Assembly (NCBI GenBank): GCA_963977015.1
Contig: CAXBMO010000015.1
Coordinates: 1 to 64,000 of the forward strand
From: an uncultured bacterium
GTDB taxonomy: Bacteria; Verrucomicrobiota; Verrucomicrobiia; Verrucomicrobiales; DEV007
DNA length: 64,000 bases
Direction: 5' to 3'
Made by a program: the position numbers and the translations under genes. Below are positions 26,856 through 36,360 of this stretch, piece after piece; position 1 is the stretch's first letter, and each line of letters starts with the position of its first letter. Below the pieces are notes generated by a model. The model had not been told where the DNA came from. It was given only the letters and a program-made list of their open reading frames with translations, and did not search any database.

Positions 26856-28313
26856 ATGGAGTCACCTCTATCTCAGGGCATGCCCCTGTTTTCGCGATTT
26901 CTGCTTTCGTCATTCGTTTTTTTCGGAGTTGGCGCGCTCGCCGCTGCGGAGAGACCGAATTTCATCGTCATTTTGCTCGATGACGCGGGCTGGACCGACG
27001 TCGGCTGTTTCGGCAGCCGGATTGAAACGCCCAACATCGATCAACTGGCGGCGGAAGGGATGCGTTTCACCGACTGCCATTCCGCGGCGCCGAACTGTTC
27101 GCCCTCGCGCGCCGGGCTGCTGACAGGCCGGACGCCGACGCGCCTCGGCATTTACAGCTACCTTCCCAAAGATCATGTGATGCATCTTCGGGACGAAGAG
27201 ATCACGATTGCCGAGTTGTTGCAGAAGGAGGGCTACGCGACGGGCCATTTTGGAAAGTGGCATGTCTCCAAACTGCTCACGGACCAGCCTCAGCCGGCGG
27301 ATCAAGGTTTCGACTTTTCGTTGGCCACAGACAACAACGCTTCGCCCAGTCATCACAATCCCCGGAATTTCATCCGCAACGGCGAGCGGGTAGGGGAGTT
27401 GGAGGGCTACTCCTGCCAACTCGTTGTTGATGAATCCCTTACATGGCTCGAAAACCTCCAGAAATCGGAACCTGCAGCCCCATTTTTTGCCTGTGTCTGG
27501 TTTCACGAACCTCACACGCCGATTGCCTCACCACCGGATCTGGTCGCCAAATACCGGGAGCGATTTCCTGAACTTACCAAGAAAGAGGCGACCTATCACG
27601 CCAATATCGAAAACGTGGATCGCGCGGTTGGCCGCCTTTTGAGGAAGCTGGACGAAATGGACCTGGCGGACGATACGATGATTTATCTGACCTCCGACAA
27701 TGGACCGCTCAATCGCTTCTCCCGGGTTGGCTTGCGCGGTCAGAAATCCAACATCTGGGAAGGCGGCCATCGCGTTTTCGGGATGATGCGCTGGCCGGGC
27801 CGCATCCAGGCCGGGTCGGTTTGCGATTTCGCGATCAGTGGAGTCGATTACCTGCCCACGGTCTGTGAGATCACCGGAATTGAGGTTCCGAACGACCGAA
27901 CCATCGACGGAACCAGCATTCTGCCGCTTCTCGAAGGACGAAACGAGGACTTCACGCGCGGGAATCCGCTTTACTGGTTTTTCTACCGTCTCAATCCTTC
28001 CCTGGCGATGCGTGATGGGGATTGGGTGCTGATTGCAAATACCACGGACGCGCAACGGCCGAAAGCGCATCCGTTGACGCGGGAAGACATGCCGAAGATC
28101 CGCGAAAGCGAGTTGGTCGACTTTCAGCTCTACCATTTGAAAGGCGATCTCGCGCAGCAGCATGACCTCGCGGAAACCAATCCGGAAGTGCTCGATCGAC
28201 TCCGCAAAAAGGCGGTCGCGATGCACCGCGACGTGATCACCGAGGGACATGATTGGGACATCCCGGAATCCTACGGCGCGAAGAGCAAACGGAAGGTGTG
28301 GAATTCCGAATAG
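26856..28313 (+). CDS. Secreted formylglycine-type sulfatase
   Basis: RPNFIVILLDD, CSPSRAGLLTGR, GKWH, SDNG and WEGGHRV; alternative start at 26880. Confidence 0.93.
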   Translation: MESPLSQGMPLFSRFLLSSFVFFGVGALAAAERPNFIVILLDDAGWTDVGCFGSRIETPNIDQLAAEGMRFTDCHSAAPNCSPSRAGLLTGRTPTRLGIYSYLPKDHVMHLRDEEITIAELLQKEGYATGHFGKWHVSKLLTDQPQPADQGFDFSLATDNNASPSHHNPRNFIRNGERVGELEGYSCQLVVDESLTWLENLQKSEPAAPFFACVWFHEPHTPIASPPDLVAKYRERFPELTKKEATYHANIENVDRAVGRLLRKLDEMDLADDTMIYLTSDNGPLNRFSRVGLRGQKSNIWEGGHRVFGMMRWPGRIQAGSVCDFAISGVDYLPTVCEITGIEVPNDRTIDGTSILPLLEGRNEDFTRGNPLYWFFYRLNPSLAMRDGDWVLIANTTDAQRPKAHPLTREDMPKIRESELVDFQLYHLKGDLAQQHDLAETNPEVLDRLRKKAVAMHRDVITEGHDWDIPESYGAKSKRKVWNSE

Positions 28314-28328
28314 ACGGTATGTTAGCGC

Positions 28329-29222
28329 GTGGAAGCCGCGATTGACCAATTCATCCGTTTTCTCGCGACCGAGCGGGGCCTCTCGACCAACTACCAACTT
28401 TCGGTTCAGCAATCGCTCGAACACTTTCGCGCCTGGATGGAGGCGGAGCACCAAATCGACGACGTCGCGCAGGTCGAGCTTCACCATCTGACCGACTTTC
28501 TCGCGGACCGCAAGGCGATGGAGTTGGCCTCCAGCACGCTGCGCCTCAACAACCTCGCGCTGAAAGTTTTCTTCCGCTTCCTGCATCAGCGCAAAGTCCT
28601 GCCACGGGACATCGCAGATTCGCTGATGTCGCCCAAAATGGAGAAGCACCTTCCGGGCACGCTCAACGAGATGACGATCGAGACCATCATCGAATCGATC
28701 GATCCGGAACTGGAGCGCGGGTTGCGTGATCGGGCCATCATCGAACTGTTCTACAGTTCCGGGCTGCGATTGACCGAACTCGTCGAAGCGACCCTGGACG
28801 CGGTGAACTTCGACGAACGGCTCATCCGCGTGCTCGGCAAAGGCGGCAAAACGCGGATTGTTCCGTTTGGGAACCGGGCGCGCGAGGCACTCGAATCCTA
28901 CGTTTCGATCGAACGCGTCCGCTTTGCCAATCGCCGAACCGGAAACGAGATTTTTCTCTCCATCCACGGATCGAAACTCTCCCGCCAACGCGTCTGGCAG
29001 ATCCTGCGCGAACGTGCCGTCGGGGCCGGATTCGAACCCTCAATGATTCATCCCCACCTGCTCCGGCACTCCTTCGCGACCCACCTTTTAAGCAACGGTG
29101 CAGATCTTCGAGTGATCCAGGAGATGCTTGGTCATGCCGACATCTCGACCACGCAGATTTACACCCATGTCGACGGCAAACGCCTCAAACAAGTCCACCG
29201 ACAGTTCCATCCACGCGCTTGA
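28329..29222 (+). CDS. xerD: Site-specific tyrosine recombinase XerD (XerC/D family)
   Basis: RDRAIIELFYSSGLRLTE, GKGGKTRIVP, HPHLLRHSFATHLL and LGHADISTTQIYTHV..FHPRA. Confidence 0.85.
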   Translation: MEAAIDQFIRFLATERGLSTNYQLSVQQSLEHFRAWMEAEHQIDDVAQVELHHLTDFLADRKAMELASSTLRLNNLALKVFFRFLHQRKVLPRDIADSLMSPKMEKHLPGTLNEMTIETIIESIDPELERGLRDRAIIELFYSSGLRLTELVEATLDAVNFDERLIRVLGKGGKTRIVPFGNRAREALESYVSIERVRFANRRTGNEIFLSIHGSKLSRQRVWQILRERAVGAGFEPSMIHPHLLRHSFATHLLSNGADLRVIQEMLGHADISTTQIYTHVDGKRLKQVHRQFHPRA

Positions 29223-29331
29223 GTGTTGCCAATTGCCAAGAAATTCGGTAATCCTCTCGCTCTGATTGGGGCAAACTCTCGTCTGACAACCAGGACGCGG
29301 CTCCATCTTGCAACCCCGACCTCGACCCCTG

Positions 29332-32300
29332 ATGTATAGATTGCTGAAAGACAAACGCTTGATCATTTCCCTCGTGGCCATGGCAATCGTTGCCTGGATG
29401 TTCTGGACCGGGTCTCGCTATCCTCAACTGGGAGCAAAGGCATCCATGGGGATGATCGCCAACATCCAGAGCCTTGGCCTGGATGCCAAATGGGAACCCA
29501 TGCCGGAAGATCCCCTTTGGGTCCGTGTTCCCAAGTTCGCGGTCAACTGGATCTATGCCAACAAACGGGGGATGAAGTTTGGACTCCTGTTTGCCGCCTG
29601 TTTGATGACGGCGCTTTCCCGCGTTGGCCAAATCCGGATTCGCGGCGGTTTCAACAACACCCTGGCCGGGACGATCATTGGAGCCCCGCTCGGAGTTTGC
29701 GTGAACTGTGCTACGCCCATCATGCGGGGAATGCATGAGAAGGGGATGCGGTTGGAGATGTCGCTGGGCACGATGTTCAGCTCTCCCACGTTCAACGTGA
29801 TTGTGATTTCGATGCTCTTCACGCTCTTCCCATGGCAACTGGCGGCCTTGAAAATCGGATTCTCGATCATTCTGATACTCGCGATGGTTCCGCTCCTGGT
29901 CCATTACGCAAGACTCAAGGGTTGGGTAACAAGCGACGATTGTGTGCCGTTAGATTCGAAGTCATGTGACCTCACCCCGGACACGGTGGAGCCGGATGCT
30001 TCCAATTGGCTTTCCGCGCTCCTGGTGACCGGTCGCGATTTTTTGAAAAACCTCTGGGTCATCTGCTACAAAACGGTGCCGTTGATGATCGCCGCCGGGG
30101 TTTTTGCGGCGATTTTTCTGGAGGTCTTTTCGCTCGAGGACCTTGCCAAGAATACCGCGAATCTGAACTTCCTTCAAACTCTGGGGATTCTGGCAGGCGT
30201 CTCGTTGGTTGGAGCGCTTCTCCCCATTCCGATGGCCGTTGATGTGATGCTTGCCGCGACCCTCTATGCTGCTGGTGTGCCGGCCAAATTTGCCATGGCG
30301 ATTCTGTTTACCGGCGGAATCTACAGCGTTTACTCCCTTTCGGTGATCGGAAAATCCATTTCAGCGAAACTGGGTTGGATGTTTTTCGCGACAGTTGTGG
30401 GCATCGGGATCATCACCGGATTTGCGGCTGAGCTTGGTGAGAAATGGCACACGAACCGGGTGGAAAAACACTTTGTTACCAGTCTCGCAGAAACCAAGCC
30501 CTCGGAGAAGCCGGTCTTTGCAGCTCTGGCCGAAGGAGAATCCGGAGACACGATTCTGGCCTCTCTCAACTCTGGACGCCTCACCTACATTGCCCAGGAT
30601 CTGGAAGCTACAGACCGCATTTCCCTGCAGAGCCGAACGTTCGCCACCCCTCCCAATCCCGCAGCCGAGGGGGAGCCCTCCTTTGCGAGGCATCTGGGCA
30701 GTGACCTCGGGATCAATGTTCCTTTCCACAATCACACGGACAAACTGACGACCTTCCTTGGAACCTTCTCCCGCACGATCGCGAGTGGTGATGTTCATGG
30801 CGATGGCTGGCCGGACTTGTTGGTTAGTGGCGACTTCAACTCCGGTGGTCTCGCGCTGTTTGCGAATCTGGGCGGGAAGAGATTTCTCCAGCAATCCCTC
30901 GATTTGGGCGACCTGGCATCGGCCAGAGTGACCACCGCATCCTTGATCGATCTCGACAACGATGGCTGGAAGGACATCTTTTTCTCGACCTTTGATCACG
31001 GGATTTATGTCATCCCGAATCGAGAAGGGCAATTCTTTGAGAAAGACCTCTCAAAAATTTACGACAAGCCGGGATCAAGGGCCGCCGCAGTTGGGTTTGC
31101 CGACCTGAATGGTGACTCCCGATTGGAAATCGTCGTCGGAAACTGGGTTCAGTCCTGGGCAATCTCCAAAGTCGAAGGAGCGTGGGAAGCATCCCGAAAC
31201 GAAATTCTCTGGTCAACACCCGATGGCTCGTATGAGGCGAAGCCGCTTCCCGGCGAGCCTGGTGAAACCCTTTCGATTCTGCTCAGCGACTTCAACATGG
31301 ATGGACATACGGACCTGGTTGTCGGAAACGATTTTGATGAGCCGGACATCTTCTATCTGGGCGAGGGGAACGGGAAGCTCCGGCAACTGAAGGTCACGGA
31401 CGGGATCATTCCGGTTACGACACACTTCACCATGGGAATTGAAACGGCGGACCTCAACAACGACCTGTTTCCCGAGATGTTTATGGCAGGAATCGCGATT
31501 GGCGGCGTTTCACGGCGGACCGGAACTTCCATTGCCGCCAATTCCGTTTACAGCAAGATCAGTGATCCGGCGCAAGCTGCGGAATATCGGGAGTTTATCA
31601 AACAAGTCGGCCATATCGTCACCGCATGGCGCAATCCCCAATACATGGATGCCAAGCACGAGTTGCGGGATCAGCAGAACGGGATTGCCTGCAACATCTT
31701 CCTCAATTCCTTTTCCAAGGGGCGACAGGATTGGCTGGACTACATCCCCGAGCATCGTGAGGATTTACGCGCGATCGTCTCCAATCTTCGCCAACCGCGT
31801 TACGAGCCAACCGCCCAGGAGATTGCGAATGAAATCCCCCAGGTTCAGCAACGGAACGTCCTGCTTTCCTCCAGCCAGAGCGGAATGAAGGACCAGACAC
31901 GCGACTTTGGCCTGGAATTTTCCGGTTGGACCTGGAACGCCAAGTTTGCCGACTTGAACAACGATTCCTGGCAGGACATTTATTTCCTGAACGGCTATCT
32001 CCCGGATCCCCGTCGCGAATCCAACTACCTTTTCCTGAACCAAGCCGGAAAAACCTTCGTCAACTCCACCGAAGAAGCGGGACTGACCAACTATCTTGCT
32101 TCGGCATGCTATACCTACACGGATTATGATCAGGACGGTGATCTCGATATCATCATGGTTCCCATCGCCGGACCGATTGAAGTTTGTGAGAATCGGTTTC
32201 CCACCAAGAACTCCATCGCCTTTGAAGTGGATGACCAGGTTGGGAATCGTTCCGGCATCGGTGCGAAGCTGATTATTCAGTATGGAGAAGGCGGGAAGCT

Positions 32301-32523
32301 CAAGCAATACCGCGAAATCAAGGCAAGCGGCGGATTTGCATCCTTTGACGCACCGGTCGCTCACTTTGGCATTGGCGATGAAACATCGATTCAACAACTC
32401 TGGGTCTTTTGGCCAAATGGCGACCAAACGAAGTTCGATCGCGAGTTCGAGGCGGGTCGGATCTGGCGGATTCGACGCACCCAGCCTGACTTGCCTGATT
32501 CAAGTCCCAAACCAGAGTCATGA
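29332..32523 (+). CDS. Fusion of a DUF318/ArsP-like permease, FG-GAP repeats and a C-terminal ASPIC/UnbV (CRTAC1-like) domain
   Basis: N-terminal multi-TM part with GVCVNCATP and FSSPTFN; repeated DxDxDGxxDL motifs; C-terminal GNRSGIGAKL..GGFASFD..AHFGIG..WPNG. Confidence 0.8.
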   Translation: MYRLLKDKRLIISLVAMAIVAWMFWTGSRYPQLGAKASMGMIANIQSLGLDAKWEPMPEDPLWVRVPKFAVNWIYANKRGMKFGLLFAACLMTALSRVGQIRIRGGFNNTLAGTIIGAPLGVCVNCATPIMRGMHEKGMRLEMSLGTMFSSPTFNVIVISMLFTLFPWQLAALKIGFSIILILAMVPLLVHYARLKGWVTSDDCVPLDSKSCDLTPDTVEPDASNWLSALLVTGRDFLKNLWVICYKTVPLMIAAGVFAAIFLEVFSLEDLAKNTANLNFLQTLGILAGVSLVGALLPIPMAVDVMLAATLYAAGVPAKFAMAILFTGGIYSVYSLSVIGKSISAKLGWMFFATVVGIGIITGFAAELGEKWHTNRVEKHFVTSLAETKPSEKPVFAALAEGESGDTILASLNSGRLTYIAQDLEATDRISLQSRTFATPPNPAAEGEPSFARHLGSDLGINVPFHNHTDKLTTFLGTFSRTIASGDVHGDGWPDLLVSGDFNSGGLALFANLGGKRFLQQSLDLGDLASARVTTASLIDLDNDGWKDIFFSTFDHGIYVIPNREGQFFEKDLSKIYDKPGSRAAAVGFADLNGDSRLEIVVGNWVQSWAISKVEGAWEASRNEILWSTPDGSYEAKPLPGEPGETLSILLSDFNMDGHTDLVVGNDFDEPDIFYLGEGNGKLRQLKVTDGIIPVTTHFTMGIETADLNNDLFPEMFMAGIAIGGVSRRTGTSIAANSVYSKISDPAQAAEYREFIKQVGHIVTAWRNPQYMDAKHELRDQQNGIACNIFLNSFSKGRQDWLDYIPEHREDLRAIVSNLRQPRYEPTAQEIANEIPQVQQRNVLLSSSQSGMKDQTRDFGLEFSGWTWNAKFADLNNDSWQDIYFLNGYLPDPRRESNYLFLNQAGKTFVNSTEEAGLTNYLASACYTYTDYDQDGDLDIIMVPIAGPIEVCENRFPTKNSIAFEVDDQVGNRSGIGAKLIIQYGEGGKLKQYREIKASGGFASFDAPVAHFGIGDETSIQQLWVFWPNGDQTKFDREFEAGRIWRIRRTQPDLPDSSPKPES

Positions 32524-32549
32524 GGAAAACCGAACCACCCGCTCCCGCT

Positions 32550-32578
32550 TTGACACCTTGCCACAGGCTCGGTATCGT
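32550..32578 (+). promoter_or_regulatory. Sigma70-like promoter for the 32591 gene
   Basis: TTGACA (32550-32555), 17-bp spacer, TATCGT (32573-32578). Confidence 0.55.
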
Positions 32579-32590
32579 TGAAACGCACCA

Positions 32591-34774
32591 ATGTCTGTAA
32601 AACGACTCAAGCTTCTAACTCGATTGTTGTGCTTCGCTTTTTTGTCGACAACCGGCCTCCAACTGTGGGCGGATGTCGTCGTTCCTTCGAAGAGTGCTGA
32701 GCAAAGTCGAACGGAGAGAGAACGGGAACGCCGGAGCAAGATCGAGAAGATGGAGGGAAACCTGGGCGAGGAGAATCGCATCCCGACCCTGGCCGTCCAG
32801 GATTTCAAGGTCGATCGCGGCGAGACCATCACGATTGAGTTGCAGACGGTTGGTGACAGCAATGCCCAGGCCGTGCACTACATCATCAAGGACGAGCCCC
32901 TCGCCGGCACTCTTTCCGAAGTCCGTTTTCTGGATACCTCTCGATCGAAAGCCGAAGTCGATTACACCGCGACGGCGGATTCAAGGTTGCCTTCGGATCG
33001 CTTCAGCTTTTCCGCGCAGTATCCCAACGGTCGCGTATCCGCGCCACAGACGGTTTCCATCACCATCGTTCAGCCAAAACCAGCTCTCATCGCCCCGGCC
33101 AACCTCGACTTTGGAAAAACGATGATGGGCCAGGAAGCCACCATTGAGGTTAGCCTTGAGAACAAGGGTAACTACTACTTTGAAGGCGGCTTTAAATTGG
33201 AGAAACCGTTTTTCATGGTGCGTAAGCCGGGCGATCCGGAAACGATTCGGATTGATCCCGGCGAAACCAAGACGGTCACCTTTGGATTCCGGCCATTCCA
33301 TCAGGGCCTGCGAATGCATCGCATGAGTTTCCCGGCGAGTGAAGAGGGGTCCATCCGGTTTACCGGCGAAGGCTACGTCCCCTTCACCTTGGGCGGCCCC
33401 GAATTGACGTTGGCTTACGATCCAGAGACGCGCAGTCGCCGCGGAATTCTGAGTATTCGCGGCAACGACACCCCCGGAGTCCGATTGTCAGTGGACCCCA
33501 GCGAACGACTCTTTATCTGGGGTGGCCAGAAATACTGGCTGGAAGGACGCGACCTGATCAGCATGGTCATGCAATTGAATTCGACCGACACGGCACCGTT
33601 CGAAGGCGAGATTCTGATTGAGGCGGGTGGTTACCAACGTCGGGTCAAGGTCCAGGCTGACGCCAGTCCGGCCCACCTCGTCTTGACGGGACATCCGATC
33701 ATCGATTTTGGAAAAGTGGAATTCGGAAGCGAGGCCACCCAAACATTAACTGTCAGCAATTTGGGTGGCCAGGATGGTCGTCTCATCTGTCCCGATTTTT
33801 CGCCATTCGCATTGAAGGGCCGCCAATCCCTCTCCTCGATCCCGGTCCCGGCAAATGGCAGCATCGAACTGGAAATCGGCTTCCGCCCACCAAAGCCGGA
33901 GCGATTTCAACGAACCTTTAAACTTGATGGGGGAGACCAGAAGCTTCTCGTGATCCTGGAAGGGGAGGGAATGACGCCCGAAGCGTTGGCCGAGTTCGCC
34001 GATTTGAGAACGGACGATTCCGGAGCCTATGGATCGGTCGGCACGTATGCCAGCCAGGGACCTGACGGCCAGGTCAGAACCGGATCCGGGCTGATCCTGA
34101 GACCCGGTGCTGGAGGATCCAACCAGATCGTCTCGCCATTGGCCCGATCCAGCTATTACCAGGAATTGGCGAAAGCGCGCCAATCGCAATCGGCCCGCCC
34201 TCTAACCGCGGAAGACCTCAAACGGCGCGACCTCGTTCAGGAGATCGAAGCCACCGTGACCGGACAACTTGGTAAAATCCCGCTTCCGGTCACCCTCGCC
34301 CGTGACGGAATGCTCGCCTTCAGCCCTTACAAAACGAAGACGGATCCAACCTTGCCGAGAATTTCGCGCTTCGGCGTTATCAAATCAAAACCAACTTCCG
34401 TCAGTCTCGTTTTTCGGGCCCCCGCCGGCAAAGCATTTGAAGATTATGCGCTCGAGATGCGAATCACCCGGTCCAATCCCAAAAAGCAGCGCTATGAGGC
34501 GGTTTGGATTCCTTACCACAACGTGAAGTTCACCTCGAAAGACGAACTGGTTGTGGCGGAGTTGGTCGGGCTGAAACCGGACGCCTACTATTTGATGCGC
34601 TTGTTCACCATGGGGGAGGGCGAGACCAACAGTCTACCCTCGGAAGAATTCGGAACGCGCACGCCGGTTGCGAAGATGGGGTTGGGAATGCAGATGCTGA
34701 TCGGTTTGATCGCGCTCATCATTGTCTCCGTGGGAGGAATGCTGATGTATCTCAAGCAGACCGGTTTGGCGTAG
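32591..34774 (+). CDS. Secreted, C-terminally anchored multi-Ig-like protein (ASH/choice-of-anchor-D-like and FN3-like domains)
   Basis: Signal peptide; LDFGKT..VSLENKG and IDFGKV..LTVSNLGG repeats; GLKPDAYY FN3-like strand; C-terminal TM helix. Confidence 0.65.
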   Translation: MSVKRLKLLTRLLCFAFLSTTGLQLWADVVVPSKSAEQSRTERERERRSKIEKMEGNLGEENRIPTLAVQDFKVDRGETITIELQTVGDSNAQAVHYIIKDEPLAGTLSEVRFLDTSRSKAEVDYTATADSRLPSDRFSFSAQYPNGRVSAPQTVSITIVQPKPALIAPANLDFGKTMMGQEATIEVSLENKGNYYFEGGFKLEKPFFMVRKPGDPETIRIDPGETKTVTFGFRPFHQGLRMHRMSFPASEEGSIRFTGEGYVPFTLGGPELTLAYDPETRSRRGILSIRGNDTPGVRLSVDPSERLFIWGGQKYWLEGRDLISMVMQLNSTDTAPFEGEILIEAGGYQRRVKVQADASPAHLVLTGHPIIDFGKVEFGSEATQTLTVSNLGGQDGRLICPDFSPFALKGRQSLSSIPVPANGSIELEIGFRPPKPERFQRTFKLDGGDQKLLVILEGEGMTPEALAEFADLRTDDSGAYGSVGTYASQGPDGQVRTGSGLILRPGAGGSNQIVSPLARSSYYQELAKARQSQSARPLTAEDLKRRDLVQEIEATVTGQLGKIPLPVTLARDGMLAFSPYKTKTDPTLPRISRFGVIKSKPTSVSLVFRAPAGKAFEDYALEMRITRSNPKKQRYEAVWIPYHNVKFTSKDELVVAELVGLKPDAYYLMRLFTMGEGETNSLPSEEFGTRTPVAKMGLGMQMLIGLIALIIVSVGGMLMYLKQTGLA

Positions 34775-34782
34775 CGCCAGGA

Positions 34783-35688
34783 TCATTGGCGAATCAAACG
34801 GCCGCTTTTTTCCCGAAGGTAGGCGATTGCGAAGCTGATTTCTTCTCCCTTCAAAAAGCTACAGACCAGCAGCATCATCAGGAACTGGAAGAGGAAGAGG
34901 AACATTCCATAAAAAATCGCGAGATGGAGCACCAATCCGAGCGCGACTCCCACCAAACGCGTTCGCGGAATCCACAGCAGAAACGGGAGCAGAAGTTCGA
35001 CAAGAATCACCGCCCAAGTCACCAGCTTCTGAAGAAGCAGGGATTGCAGGAAAAAGCCCGGAATTGGGAAATGCTCGTATTGGGCGAGCTGAAAGACGTA
35101 GTACAACGCATGCCCGCTGGTCCAGTCGTCGCTTTGCAGCTTGTAAATCGCCGACGAAAAATAGACCAGCGTGAGTTGAATCCGCACCAATTGCAGCGCC
35201 CATAGTTTCCTGGGCGTTGGAGTCTTGCTCGAGGAATCGATTGCCCAACGATTTCCCAGCGGCATCAGGATGAGGAAGAAGCTCAGCAACCGAAAAAGCA
35301 CGTCTGAAGCATCGAGAATGAGTGGATTGCGATTTTGGAAGGAAACCAGCCAGACAAATACCGCGATGGCCTGGAGTCTGGATTTCCAACCCAACAGAAG
35401 CGCAACCAAGTGAAATGCGAGCAGCGCAATCGCCAGCCAAACCACCCAATCACGCTTTGGGAGCAGCGCAAAAAGGGTCCACTGCGTCGAAAATTCGACG
35501 ACTGTCCTCGATGCGACGTAGGGGAGGAGACCGTGTTCACCAAACCAGAGCGTCCCATCCAACGCCAGAAATCCCAGATTGATCAGGCCCAGAATCGAAA
35601 ATCCGATCCGCAGAAGATCGCACGTCGTTGGATCGCCAAGCCCAAAAAAGAACCGATTCCACATGTTCGTCAGACGATTCGCCAACAT
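34783..35688 (-). CDS. HTTM-domain membrane protein (SdpB/vitamin-K-dependent carboxylase-like)
   Basis: LLRIGFS, FQNRNP..D, QLTLVYFSSAIYKL..W.SG.AL and H..I..M motifs; ATG at 35688 overlaps the upstream TGA. Confidence 0.85.
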   Translation of the reverse strand: MLANRLTNMWNRFFFGLGDPTTCDLLRIGFSILGLINLGFLALDGTLWFGEHGLLPYVASRTVVEFSTQWTLFALLPKRDWVVWLAIALLAFHLVALLLGWKSRLQAIAVFVWLVSFQNRNPLILDASDVLFRLLSFFLILMPLGNRWAIDSSSKTPTPRKLWALQLVRIQLTLVYFSSAIYKLQSDDWTSGHALYYVFQLAQYEHFPIPGFFLQSLLLQKLVTWAVILVELLLPFLLWIPRTRLVGVALGLVLHLAIFYGMFLFLFQFLMMLLVCSFLKGEEISFAIAYLREKSGRLIRQ

Positions 35689-36227
35689 CAGCGATAAAGC
35701 AGGGTTCGTTCTGAATAGAGGGTTGTGTCCCACCCACGCGAGTTTGGCATCTGGTCGCTTTCACTGTTGGAAGGAGGAGGCTCACTGGCGATCCAACTCC
35801 AGACAATCGCCGGTCTCGTCGTGGTACCACCACCACCATCAAACGCAAATTTGGAAAGGCCATCGAATGCCAGCGAGTCACTCATAAAAGGAAGAATGGT
35901 TTCATAGGGGCTCATTCGGTAGCTTCGCCATTTTTCAAAAATTCCCGTTTCCGCCCAATCCGGCGTCTCCCACAGCACGCCCTCGCTGCCGACCGCTTCG
36001 ATCTTCGCATTGTTCCGCTTAATCTCAGGACTGAACAAAGCCCACTCTCCTTGTTTCAGGCCGGTAGCCCATGCCACTGGTACGAATTGAGCCCGGATTA
36101 CGCGTTGGAAAGGATGAACAATCGGGAATGCCTGCACCACCATCAGCAGGAGAACCAGGAAGATGAATTTCGAAAGAATATCGTTGGAAATTGAGGAATT
36201 TGCATCCCCAGTGGATTCGTCCGCCAT
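35688..36227 (-). CDS. SdpA/DUF5819-like membrane-anchored partner of the HTTM protein
   Basis: N-terminal TM segment followed by TGLKQGEWALFSPE (Q-W-xF-xP motif); apparently translationally coupled to the HTTM gene. Confidence 0.6.
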   Translation of the reverse strand: MADESTGDANSSISNDILSKFIFLVLLLMVVQAFPIVHPFQRVIRAQFVPVAWATGLKQGEWALFSPEIKRNNAKIEAVGSEGVLWETPDWAETGIFEKWRSYRMSPYETILPFMSDSLAFDGLSKFAFDGGGGTTTRPAIVWSWIASEPPPSNSESDQMPNSRGWDTTLYSERTLLYR

Positions 36228-36360
36228 ATCTCAAACTCTGCGCCGGAAGAGAACTTTTTAAAAGTTCAAATCCCCACGCAGTTTGTCTCAAAAAATACTT
36301 GGATAAAATTTGAGATGGGTGTTGACGTTAAGATTTCAATTGTGTTTACATCGTAAAACT

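Noticed and set aside
22206-28313. Dedicated polysaccharide utilisation locus (GH63 + sulfatase)
   Set aside because: The genes are divergent and separated by lpdA, with no transporter or regulator.
25430-28988. Long antisense ORFs (25430-26806, 27528-28988; also 55280-56680, 9108-10169, 10703-11836)
   Set aside because: These are shadow frames opposite well-supported genes in GC-rich DNA and show no motifs.
29021-29040. tRNA T-arm-like sequence (GGTTCGAATCC on the minus strand)
   Set aside because: It lies inside xerD, the T-stem does not pair beyond 2 bp and there is no cloverleaf.
28329-29222. Phage or island integrase marking a mobile element
   Set aside because: Length and motifs fit housekeeping XerD; no att repeats, tRNA target or mobility genes were seen.
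36264-36275. tRNA fragment (GTTCAAATCCCC) as an att remnant
   Set aside because: The upstream bases cannot form the T-stem, and the match is too short to be meaningful.
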